DNA of 64,000 bases from Candidatus Omnitrophota bacterium (GTDB taxonomy: Bacteria > Omnitrophota > Gorgyraeia > Zapsychrales > Zapsychraceae), in the NCBI GenBank assembly GCA_028280285.1, contig JANQMA010000004.1:15820-79819 (forward strand), read 5' to 3'. The notes beneath the pieces are model-generated. The model did not search any database. It saw only the letters and a list, made by a program, of their open reading frames with translations, and was not told where the DNA came from. Of this stretch, positions 1-8,321 are shown piece by piece. Positions within the stretch are counted from its first letter, which is position 1, and the number at the start of each line of letters is the position of its first letter. The position numbers and the translations under genes were made by a program.

Positions 1-474
1 GGAACGTCAAAAAAACAAATGTCTAAGGGCGGAATGAGTGCCAAGCTCGAGGCGGTTAATATTGCCACGCATGCCAAGATTCCAAGTGTTATTGCCAATG
101 GTGAGACAAAAGATGTGCTTTTGCGTGTTGTTCGCCGCGAGCGGATCGGCACTCTTTTTATGGAACGCGATAAAAAGGTTTTGGCGCGCAAGCATTGGAT
201 TTCCTTTGGGGCCAAACCAAAAGGGATGCTGACAATCGACGAAGGCGCCAAAAAAGCCCTTCTTCAAGGTGGCAAAAGTCTTCTTTTGGTGGGTGTTACA
301 AGCTTCGATGGTCATTTTAAAAAAGGGGATGTGGTCGTGGTGGCTGACAAAAAGCATCATGAAATTGCCCGGGGTATTGTGAATTATTCGATCTCGGAGC
401 TCAATAAAATGACCACTAAAAAAGGCCGGCCTGAGGCCATTCATGTGGATGATCTTATCTTAGGCGCGCGGTAG
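1..474 (+). CDS. proB: glutamate 5-kinase, 3' part (5'-truncated by window), with C-terminal PUA domain
   Basis: Frame +1 open from base 1; 'KGGMSAKLEA', 'ARKHWI', 'IDEGAKKAL..GKSLL.VGV', 'EIARG.VNYS' are ProB/PUA motifs; upstream of proA. Confidence 0.93.
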   Translation, partial: GTSKKQMSKGGMSAKLEAVNIATHAKIPSVIANGETKDVLLRVVRRERIGTLFMERDKKVLARKHWISFGAKPKGMLTIDEGAKKALLQGGKSLLLVGVTSFDGHFKKGDVVVVADKKHHEIARGIVNYSISELNKMTTKKGRPEAIHVDDLILGAR

Positions 475-502
475 TCCTTCCGCTTTCCTTTTCAATTAAA
501 TT

Positions 503-511
503 TGCTATAAT
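503..511 (+). promoter_or_regulatory. possible extended -10 promoter (TGcTATAAT) for proA
   Basis: TG-c-TATAAT about 25 nt upstream of the proA ATG; GGAG SD-like motif follows. Confidence 0.4.
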
Positions 512-536
512 GTGGGCTTAAATTTGGAGCAAAATA

Positions 537-1799
537 ATGAGTCAAGCGATTGAAAAAAAAGTCATAGGTTATGTTAAAAAAGCACAAAATGCCTCTAAAC
601 AAATGGTGTTGGTGTCTATGTCTGTCAAAAATGCAGTGTTGAAAAAAATGGCCCGTGCCCTTTTGGCCAATAAAGCTTACTTGCTCCGCGAAAATAAAAA
701 AGATTTAAAGGCGGCCGCATCACAGAATTATCCCTCTGCGCTTGTTGACCGTTTGGTCTTAAATGACAAGCGCATTGCCGGTATGAGTGAGTGTTTGCTT
801 GATACAGCGAAGATCAAGGATCCTGTTGGAACGGTTATAAAGAAATTTAAAAACGCTGATGACCTTAATATAGAGAAGGTCCGCACACCAATCGGTGTTG
901 TTGGTATTATTTATGAATCACGGCCAAATGTGACAAGCGATTGCATTGGACTTTGTCTTAAAAGCGGCAATGCGGTTGTTCTTAAAGGCGGTAAAGAGGC
1001 GATCTATTCTAATAAAGCGATTTTTAAAATTTGCCAAGACGTTCTAAAAAAATCCAAAATTCCTGTCGATGCTATTCAATTAATTGATTCGACCGATCGT
1101 GCAGCGACAAGTACGCTTCTCAAGCAGGATAATTATGTCGATGTGATTGTACCACGTGGTGGCGAGGGGTTGATCAATTATGTCGTCGGTCATTCCCGCA
1201 TACCGGTGATCAAACATGCCGCCGGGATTTGTCATACCTATGTGAGTAATAAAGCCGACTTAAAGAAAGCCAAAGATATCTGCATTAATGCCAAAATCCA
1301 AAGGCCAGGGGTGTGTAATGCGATGGAGACACTGCTTGTGCATAAGGCCGTGGCCAAGAAATTTTTACCGTCAGTTTGTGATGTTTTAATCGATGCCGGT
1401 GTTGAACTGCGTGGTGATCAAAAAACACGCGCCATTATCAAAGGCGTTAAGCCAGCCAAAGCATCAGATTGGGATACAGAGTATCTCGACATGATTTTGT
1501 CGATTAAAGTTGTTGAGAATACGAATGAGGCGATTGCGCATATCAATGATCATGGCTCGGCGCATAGTGATGCGATTGTAACGAAAGATAAAAAAGAAGG
1601 CGATTTATTTTTAAGTGCTGTTCATTCCGCATGTGTTTATGTGAATGCCTCCACACGATTCACCGACGGCTATGCGTTTGGATTTGGCGCCGAAGTCGGC
1701 ATTAGCACCGATAAGTTGCATGCGCGTGGGCCAATGGCCTTGGAGGAATTGACAACGTATAAGTATGCGGTGCGCGGGGTCGGTCAAATACGAAAATAG
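537..1799 (+). CDS. proA: gamma-glutamyl phosphate reductase
   Basis: 'IIYESRPNVT', 'PRGGEGLI', 'CNAMETLLVH', 'VNASTRFTDG..FGFGAEVGISTDKLHARGP'. Confidence 0.97.
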   Translation: MSQAIEKKVIGYVKKAQNASKQMVLVSMSVKNAVLKKMARALLANKAYLLRENKKDLKAAASQNYPSALVDRLVLNDKRIAGMSECLLDTAKIKDPVGTVIKKFKNADDLNIEKVRTPIGVVGIIYESRPNVTSDCIGLCLKSGNAVVLKGGKEAIYSNKAIFKICQDVLKKSKIPVDAIQLIDSTDRAATSTLLKQDNYVDVIVPRGGEGLINYVVGHSRIPVIKHAAGICHTYVSNKADLKKAKDICINAKIQRPGVCNAMETLLVHKAVAKKFLPSVCDVLIDAGVELRGDQKTRAIIKGVKPAKASDWDTEYLDMILSIKVVENTNEAIAHINDHGSAHSDAIVTKDKKEGDLFLSAVHSACVYVNASTRFTDGYAFGFGAEVGISTDKLHARGPMALEELTTYKYAVRGVGQIRK

Positions 1800-1986
1800 T
1801 GATACAGTGATAGAGTGATAAAGTGATATGAGAGATAAAAGAGGTAAAAGAGATAGGATAGGTAGTTAAAAATTTGTAAGGCTTATTCAATACCTCTTTT
1901 AGCATTTTTACCTCTACTATCTCTTGGCTTTTAATTATCACTTTATCACCAATTGCCGCTTTACTTATGAATATCACTCTATCACT
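1798..1986. repeat. nested tandem-repeat hairpin: outer AGTGATAn x4 / nTATCACT x4, inner AGAGRTAaa 9-mers / ttTACCTCT 9-mers
   Basis: agtgatac agtgatag agtgataa agtgatat ... agagataaa agaggtaaa agagatagg ... aatacctct tttagcatt tttacctct actatctct ... ttatcact ttatcacc ... atatcact ctatcact. Confidence 0.85.
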
Positions 1987-1991
1987 TTAAT

Positions 1992-2567
1992 ATGAATAAA
2001 AAAATTGGTATACTCGGCGGAACGTTCGATCCGATTCATTTTGGGCATTTATCCATCGCGCAAGCCGCGAGCGTTAAACTCAAACTGGATAAAGTTATTT
2101 TTGTGCCGGCCTATATTCCACCGCATAAAAAAAAGAATAAGATAGTCAGTAGCAAGGCTCGTCTTGATATGGTGCAGTTGGCCATTGAAGGCAACAAATA
2201 TTTCGCCCTATCTAATTTTGAAATTAAAAAATGTGATACGTCATATAGTGTAGAGACGGCGGAGTATTTTAAAAAGAGTTATCCTAAAGACACAAAATTT
2301 TACTTTATTGTCGGAGAAGACACCGCGGCGCAGCTGCATACATGGAAGAAGATTGACGAGCTCAAAGAGATTGTTTCTTTTGTGTCAGTGAATCGTCTAG
2401 GGTACAAAGCGAAACAAACTCAAGTGAAAGTACGCTCGATCGTAATGCCGAATTTAGAGATTTCATCGTCGTATTTGAGGCAGTGCGTTAAGCAGGATAA
2501 ACCGCTTAGGTATTTAATGCCTGAGAAAGTAATCAATTACATCAAGAAAAATAAGTTATATCAGTAG
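1992..2567 (+). CDS. nadD: nicotinate-nucleotide adenylyltransferase
   Basis: 'GILGGTFDPIHFGH', 'PPHK', 'ISSS.LR'; the proB-proA-nadD order is common. Confidence 0.95.
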   Translation: MNKKIGILGGTFDPIHFGHLSIAQAASVKLKLDKVIFVPAYIPPHKKKNKIVSSKARLDMVQLAIEGNKYFALSNFEIKKCDTSYSVETAEYFKKSYPKDTKFYFIVGEDTAAQLHTWKKIDELKEIVSFVSVNRLGYKAKQTQVKVRSIVMPNLEISSSYLRQCVKQDKPLRYLMPEKVINYIKKNKLYQ

Positions 2568-2576
2568 AGAAAGGTA

Positions 2577-3998
2577 TTGGTTGTGAAAGACATTAAAGAA
2601 CAAATCAAATTTGGAACGGATGGATGGCGCGGGGTTATTTCGGATAATTTTACATTTGCCAATGTTGCGATTGTCGCGCAGGCTATCTGCGCGTGGATTA
2701 AAAAAGAATTTAAAGGCAAGAAGCACGTCGTTGCGGTCGGTTATGACGCGCGGTTTCTCTCACGCGAATATGCTGAGACGGTCAGTTGTATCTTGGCCAA
2801 AAACAAAATCAAGGTTTTATTATCAGATAAATATATAGCCACGCCGGCTTTAAGTTACGGTGTCGTTAATATTAAAGGGGTATGCGGTGTGATGATTACG
2901 GCAAGCCATAATCCGGCCAAATTTAACGGAATTAAGATTAAGACTAAAGACGGCGGCGGCGCATCGAAAGACATTACCAATGTTGTCGAGAAGTTTTTAG
3001 GTAAAACAGCGGTTAAGACAATGGATTTTGATGTGGCGCTTAAGTCAAAAGCGATTAAGATGCATAATTTTAATGAAGCTTACTTTAAGTTTATGAAAAA
3101 TTATGTTGATCTTAAAGCGATTCGTCGTGCCAAATTCAGAGTTGTGCAAGATGCCATGCACGGCAGCGGGACAGGTGTTTTAGAAAATGTGCTTAAGGGC
3201 AGCAGTATTAAACTTGAGATGATGCGCGGCGATTACAACCCGTCTTTCGGCAATGTGAAGCCCGAGCCAATTGAAGACTATGTACCGGATTTGATGAAGC
3301 GTATGAAAAAAGAAAAGATCGATTTGGGGCTGATCCTCGATGGTGATGCCGACCGTATTGGCTCTGTTGCTGCCGGTGGTGAGTTTATTAACGCGCAAAA
3401 GATTCTCGGTCTTTTGATCCTGCATCTAGCGCGTAACCGTGGTTGTGAGGGCAGTGTTGTTAAAACCCTTTGCGGGACAACGATGGTCGATAAAATTTGC
3501 AAGAAGCTAAAGCTCAAACTGCATGAAACACCCGTCGGGTTTAAATACATTTCCGATTTAATGGTTTCCGAGCGTGTCATTGCCGGTGGGGAAGAGGCTG
3601 GCGGTATGGGCGTTCAGGATTATATTCCCGAACGGGATGGTAATTTGGCGGGACTGCTTTTGCTTGAGATGATGGTTAAGCAAAAAAAGAATATTAAGAA
3701 GATCCTTGATGAGATGGAAAAAGAATTTGGGCGTTATTATTATTTGCGCGCGGATATTGATCTTAAGCCGGGACAGAAGGTTGATGTGAAACAATTCAAA
3801 AAAATTAAAAACATCTGCGGCAAGCGTGTCGTGCAGATTAATGATATCGATGGGGTCAAACTGATTTGTGAAGACGAATCCTGGCTTATGTTTCGTCCGT
3901 CAGGAACAGAGCCGCTGGTGCGCGTTTATTCGGAAGCCAAATCACTTAAGCGCTCACAGGCGTTAATTGAGTATGGTAGGAAAGTGCTTAATAAATAG
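2577..3998 (+). CDS. phosphoglucomutase/phosphomannomutase family protein
   Basis: 'FGTDGWRG', 'ITASHNP', 'DGDADR', 'GGEE.GG', 'RPSGTEP'. Confidence 0.93.
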   Translation: MVVKDIKEQIKFGTDGWRGVISDNFTFANVAIVAQAICAWIKKEFKGKKHVVAVGYDARFLSREYAETVSCILAKNKIKVLLSDKYIATPALSYGVVNIKGVCGVMITASHNPAKFNGIKIKTKDGGGASKDITNVVEKFLGKTAVKTMDFDVALKSKAIKMHNFNEAYFKFMKNYVDLKAIRRAKFRVVQDAMHGSGTGVLENVLKGSSIKLEMMRGDYNPSFGNVKPEPIEDYVPDLMKRMKKEKIDLGLILDGDADRIGSVAAGGEFINAQKILGLLILHLARNRGCEGSVVKTLCGTTMVDKICKKLKLKLHETPVGFKYISDLMVSERVIAGGEEAGGMGVQDYIPERDGNLAGLLLLEMMVKQKKNIKKILDEMEKEFGRYYYLRADIDLKPGQKVDVKQFKKIKNICGKRVVQINDIDGVKLICEDESWLMFRPSGTEPLVRVYSEAKSLKRSQALIEYGRKVLNK

Positions 3999-4011
3999 AA
4001 AAAGTAATAAA

Positions 4012-4085
4012 GGGTTTTAGGTTTTGGGTGTTGGGTTTTAGGAGGAAAATTTTTACTTTAACCTAACACCTAACACCTTAAACCC
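4012..4085. repeat. heptamer tandem-repeat hairpin (GGTKTTR x4 / CCTAACA-type x3)
   Basis: ggtttta ggttttg ggtgttg ggtttta gg ... cctaaca cctaaca ccttaaa ccc. Confidence 0.85.
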
Positions 4086-4100
4086 AGGGTTGCTTCTTGT

Positions 4101-4685
4101 TTGATTATGTTCTACTGGTTATCCTGGATTTTTTATCGTACGTTTTTTATGTTTTATTTTCCCATGCGTGTTGAGGGAAGAGTAAACCTTCCTAAAGGCC
4201 CGTTTGTTTTTGCGAGCAATCATATCAGTTTTTTGGATCCCACTACTATATGTATGGCGGCCGAGAGGCGCATGAATTTTTTGGCACGGGATTCATTATT
4301 CCGCAATCCGCTTTTTGGCGGTTATATCCGCATGCTCGGCGCGATGCCGATTACACGCAACTCGGCCGATATCACAGCCATCAAAACGATCCTTCGTGGC
4401 CTTAAAAAATATCCGGTGGTCATTTTTCCAGAGGGGACACGGATTAAGGAACAACGCACAAAGGATGTTGAGGCTGGTATTGGACTCATTGCTGTTAAAA
4501 GCGGTGTACCGGTTGTGCCGGTTTTTCTTGAAGGGACAGATAAAGCCTTCGGTCCTCATGATAAATTCATGAAGCCCGGGTTTCTTACTGTTAAATTTGG
4601 CGAACCCCGTACCTACACAAAAGCTGATGGTGATTATCAAACCATCGCCCAAAAAATCCACACACAGATCTATCAATTAGCCTAA
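4101..4685 (+). CDS. plsC: 1-acyl-sn-glycerol-3-phosphate acyltransferase (start may be ATG 4107)
   Basis: 'NHISFLD' (HxxxxD), 'FPEGTR', 'VPVVPV'. Confidence 0.9.
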   Translation: MIMFYWLSWIFYRTFFMFYFPMRVEGRVNLPKGPFVFASNHISFLDPTTICMAAERRMNFLARDSLFRNPLFGGYIRMLGAMPITRNSADITAIKTILRGLKKYPVVIFPEGTRIKEQRTKDVEAGIGLIAVKSGVPVVPVFLEGTDKAFGPHDKFMKPGFLTVKFGEPRTYTKADGDYQTIAQKIHTQIYQLA

Positions 4686-4688
4686 AAA

Positions 4689-4800
4689 GTGGTGTCAGAT
4701 CTCATAATTTTATGGTTCACAGCGAGTTATGATAAATAAAAAATTGCCTTTATTGTTCATAAACCATTGAAATAAAAAGGATTATGAGATCTGACATCAT
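4689..4800. repeat. long inverted repeat / MITE-like element upstream of the modular protein
   Basis: tgtcagatctcataat (4693-4708) and attatgagatctgaca (4781-4796): 16-bp perfect IR, 18/20 when extended, around an AT-rich spacer. Confidence 0.75.
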
Positions 4801-4901
4801 CTTTTAAGGAAAACGTTTGCTTTTTACACTTATATGGTCTTTTAATACTAATACGGATATGTTATCTTTTACTGTAATATCAATCAGACAAAGTAAGTAT
4901 T

Positions 4902-7900
4902 ATGCGAATATTTAAAGGTAAATATAAATCAGTTTTTAAACAGGTGCTCAGTGTATTGACGGCGGGCATATTTGTTGTTAGTTCGACTGTTGTACCAATC
5001 GTACCTGCGAGCGCGCAAGGTATAGCCCTCTCTTTGCCCAAGCCGGGCACGATGGTGGGATTAAGTGATATCTACCAGCCGACATTACTTCAAGCCATCA
5101 CCATTCATCCGGACAATCCCTTGCGTTTTGATTTTATTGTAAGCCACGGCGATGATTACCAAACAGAAGCCGAGTTTAAAAGTGATTCTACCAAACTGAT
5201 TAAATATTTTCTTGCCTCGCTGACAATACCGGAGGATGAGATGTGGGTCAACTTATCTCCGTATGAGAAGGACCGCATTATCCCGGAAAGCTTTGGCTAC
5301 ACGGAGATGGGACGTGACCTGCTTGCTCAGGACTATCTGCTCAAACAATTGACCGCGTCGCTCATGTATCCTGAAGGAGAATTAGGCCAGGAATTTTGGG
5401 CAAAGGTAAAAGCGCAAATAGATGCTCATCGCTCGTCGCTCGATGCTCACGGTGAAATACAAGTATCTAGCATCGAGCATCTAGCATCGATGTTTAATAA
5501 GGTCTGGATTGTCCCTGATCAAGCCGAAGTCTATGAGCGGGATAATACTGTCTTTGTGGTTAACAGTCATTTGAAGGTGATGCTTGAGGAGGATTATCTA
5601 GCGAGCCAAGAAAGTGGTCAGTGGTCAGTGATCAGTGATCAGTCAAATAATACGACCACAGACCACAGAGCACAGACCACGCAAGTTACCCGCGAAATCA
5701 TTATTCCCGCTATTGAAGCCGAGATCAACACCGGCCAAACCTTTGCCAATCTCCGTCAGATCTATCATTCGATGATCCTGGCGACATGGTACAAAGTTGC
5801 TTTACAAGAAAGCCTGCTCGGCAAGATCTATATGGATCGTAACAAGGTTAAGGGGGTAGACGTCAAAGACCGCGATGTAAAATTCAAGATTTACGATCAG
5901 TATCTAGAAGCTTTCAAGTTAGGCGCCTACAACTATATTAAAGAAGAGTACGATCCAGTAGCACAGCAAATCATTCCACGTAAATATTTTTCTGGTGGAG
6001 CCCAGGCTGTTGATGCTGCTATGTTGAAAAGACATTCGGGCGATCCGGCAAGTTTGCCTCCACATATACAGAATAATATTAGAGCAACAACAAGGTTATT
6101 GTCATCCGTTATTACTGCCGATTTAAACAGAGCCTTGGAAGCAAGCCTTGTGCCAATTGGATTTGAAAGTATTGATGGGGATAGTTTAAAAGATTCTTTG
6201 GTTTCCGGTGCGTCCTATGAAAGCGAAGTAGATGATGTTATTAAGGTTAGACATTATACCGAAAGTGCTGGTATTGGTTTTGAGTTTTCTTTTCAAGATA
6301 AAACAAAGCCTGTTCGTTTTTCCCTTAGTTTTAAAAATCCAAAAACAGTCGAAAGTATGATTACTGACCCTGAGTCTGATTTTATCAAAAAACATAGTAC
6401 TGAAGTATATGCCAGAATCATTATGTGGCTTAATGACTTTCAGGTGGAGACTTTATCTTCGATGAGCGCTTATGACAATAAAGATAGGCCGAAAGAGGCC
6501 TTCCGAAATTTTAACCGCAAAGTTGCCCAAGCCCTTGATCCGAATGTTGATTTGGATAGTGTGGTTACTGAAGAAGGGGATCTTGTTAATTTTAATATCA
6601 AAGCATTGATGCAGAGTTTAAGTAGGGGGCAAGCTTTAGATAATTTAAGCGAATGGGTCAAGTCAAACAATTTGCAAGATCCGGCGCAATTAGAAGATCA
6701 AGTCGATTTTGCTGATTTGCCAGAAGATTTTAAGAGTTATAAACAAGAAATTACTTCAATATTAAAACGGACAATTAATTTTCTACAAAAACTTATTCCG
6801 TCTTATGAATTATCAGAAAGTGGGGTCTGGAATTTTGATGCTCTTCTTGAGATATCATCAGAGGAGCAGAAAAAAATTGATTACCTTAAGGATTTTATTG
6901 CACAAATAGAAGATAGAGTTACTGAAATTAACAACGCAGAGAATTATCAATCGTTATATAATGGGGCAAGTGGATTTTCCGCAATGCTGGTTAGCTTTGA
7001 CGAAGATGTCTTGTCGGGTGATACGGTTGCACAGGGTAAGCTTTTAGAATCAATGAAGGAAGTTTCCAGCGCAAGCAAGCGTTTGTCACAAATAGTTACT
7101 GCCCCCTTATTAATGGAAATGCAAATTAGAGATCACGCACCAGACGCGGCGGGTTTGACGGATGTTTTGGGTTTAACGGATTTAAAGGATTTAAGCTCGG
7201 AACAAATATTCGAGTATATGGTTAAAGGCACTGGTTATGAGGATGAGGTCAGTGAAGTGATGATTCGAAAAGGGTCAGAGATCTCTGCCTTTAAAGTTCA
7301 TTTTAAATTGAAAGATGTTGATGAACCAAGTACAGGCGTAGATCAACAGGAAGAGCGAAGGGATGTTATTTTCCCGTCATTAGTTATTTATTATAGAGGA
7401 AGTGCGGTTACGGGTATTGAGTCTAATTTAGCTACTACTGAAAATGAAAATTTACTTAGGTTTAGGAGTGAGCATGTTGTTGAGATGTTTGCGCGTGCTT
7501 TACATATGATAGATGATTTGGGCTACAGTAGTACTAGGGTTAATACGGTGGATGATTCAGGTCAATTTGAATCATTTTTAGGGCGTGTTGCTACATTTTT
7601 AAACCCCGAATATGATTTCGATTCTGATCAAGCGCAACCTTTTAGCGATACAAAAATTATCAATTCTCAAGGGAAAGAAGGAATCTATATCAATGTTCCT
7701 GCATTATTGTCAACAGCACCAGCACTCGCTGATGAAGCCAGTTTAGAACAAGTCGGGGGGATTGATTTTAACCCAGCTGCGATGAATTTACAAATTAGGC
7801 GTGATGGAAACGGCGTGGCGCTTCCTTTCAGTGAGCAGCCGCCGGAGATCATGCAGATTGAAGGGCTTGTGCCTGTGATTATCAATATAGTGCCTGCCAA

Positions 7901-8024
7901 TATGCCGCTTCTTTTAGGTCTGGCGGATAGCCCGGGCACAGAAGGCTTCCCTAATAACGACGCTCAAGTACAATTTGAGCGTGCCCCTGCCTATGACCGT
8001 AGAAATTTATCGTATTTGAATTGA
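4902..8024 (+). CDS. large secreted modular hypothetical protein (signal peptide, N-terminal domain, variable cassette interior, GGID-containing C-terminal tail)
   Basis: 1040-aa ORF; basic/hydrophobic N-terminus ending in ASA-Q; 'LPKPGTMVGLS..ITIHPDNPLRFDFIV' N-domain and 'GGIDFNPAAMNLQIRRDGNG' tail resemble, from memory, an Omnitrophota paralog family; function unknown. Confidence 0.85.
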   Translation: MRIFKGKYKSVFKQVLSVLTAGIFVVSSTVVPIVPASAQGIALSLPKPGTMVGLSDIYQPTLLQAITIHPDNPLRFDFIVSHGDDYQTEAEFKSDSTKLIKYFLASLTIPEDEMWVNLSPYEKDRIIPESFGYTEMGRDLLAQDYLLKQLTASLMYPEGELGQEFWAKVKAQIDAHRSSLDAHGEIQVSSIEHLASMFNKVWIVPDQAEVYERDNTVFVVNSHLKVMLEEDYLASQESGQWSVISDQSNNTTTDHRAQTTQVTREIIIPAIEAEINTGQTFANLRQIYHSMILATWYKVALQESLLGKIYMDRNKVKGVDVKDRDVKFKIYDQYLEAFKLGAYNYIKEEYDPVAQQIIPRKYFSGGAQAVDAAMLKRHSGDPASLPPHIQNNIRATTRLLSSVITADLNRALEASLVPIGFESIDGDSLKDSLVSGASYESEVDDVIKVRHYTESAGIGFEFSFQDKTKPVRFSLSFKNPKTVESMITDPESDFIKKHSTEVYARIIMWLNDFQVETLSSMSAYDNKDRPKEAFRNFNRKVAQALDPNVDLDSVVTEEGDLVNFNIKALMQSLSRGQALDNLSEWVKSNNLQDPAQLEDQVDFADLPEDFKSYKQEITSILKRTINFLQKLIPSYELSESGVWNFDALLEISSEEQKKIDYLKDFIAQIEDRVTEINNAENYQSLYNGASGFSAMLVSFDEDVLSGDTVAQGKLLESMKEVSSASKRLSQIVTAPLLMEMQIRDHAPDAAGLTDVLGLTDLKDLSSEQIFEYMVKGTGYEDEVSEVMIRKGSEISAFKVHFKLKDVDEPSTGVDQQEERRDVIFPSLVIYYRGSAVTGIESNLATTENENLLRFRSEHVVEMFARALHMIDDLGYSSTRVNTVDDSGQFESFLGRVATFLNPEYDFDSDQAQPFSDTKIINSQGKEGIYINVPALLSTAPALADEASLEQVGGIDFNPAAMNLQIRRDGNGVALPFSEQPPEIMQIEGLVPVIINIVPANMPLLLGLADSPGTEGFPNNDAQVQFERAPAYDRRNLSYLN
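5421..5488. repeat. heptamer hairpin in-frame within the CDS (GATGCTC-type x4 / GAGCATC-type x4)
   Basis: gatgctc atcgctc gtcgctc gatgctc ... aagtatc tagcatc gagcatc tagcatc; translates as DAHRSSLDAHGEIQVSSIEHLAS. Confidence 0.85.
5613..5680. repeat. heptamer hairpin in-frame within the CDS (AGTGRTC x4 / GACCACA x4)
   Basis: agtggtc agtggtc agtgatc agtgatc ... gaccaca gaccaca gagcaca gaccac; same unit as intergenic copies at 9934, 39486, 40054. Confidence 0.9.
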
Positions 8025-8037
8025 TAGTGATAATCGA

Positions 8038-8134
8038 ATCAGAAAGTAGTATTCTTCGCTCAAACAGTCCTCGCACAATTTCAGGTCTCTGAAATTAGTG
8101 CTGTGGAACTCGCTCGGGAATACTACTTTCTGAT
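8038..8134. repeat. long palindromic element downstream of the modular protein (MITE-like or terminator)
   Basis: atcagaaagtagtattc (8038-8054) / gaatactactttctgat (8118-8134): 17-bp perfect IR; internal aatttcag/ctgaaatt stem. Confidence 0.8.
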
Positions 8135-8148
8135 CCCGGTCGACTTTC

Positions 8149-8183
8149 GATTACAGACCACGGAACACAGAACACCGAACACT
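8149..8183. repeat. single-arm heptamer tandem repeat (GAMCACn x5)
   Basis: gattaca gaccacg gaacaca gaacacc gaacact. Confidence 0.75.
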
Positions 8184-8193
8184 GTTTTTCCAG

Positions 8194-8221
8194 TTGACAA
8201 ACCCACATTTTTTGCCATAAT
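8194..8221 (+). promoter_or_regulatory. sigma70-type promoter for rpsA
   Basis: TTGACA (8194-8199), 16-bp spacer, TG-c-CATAAT (8216-8221). Confidence 0.7.
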
Positions 8222-8321
8222 AGCGATCTTCAAGTAAGAAAAGCGACGTTTGGGAAACTCTCTTAACACGGTTTTTCTCGACGGAGTAACTTGAAAATAA
8301 ATCAAAAGGACGTAGTAAAAA

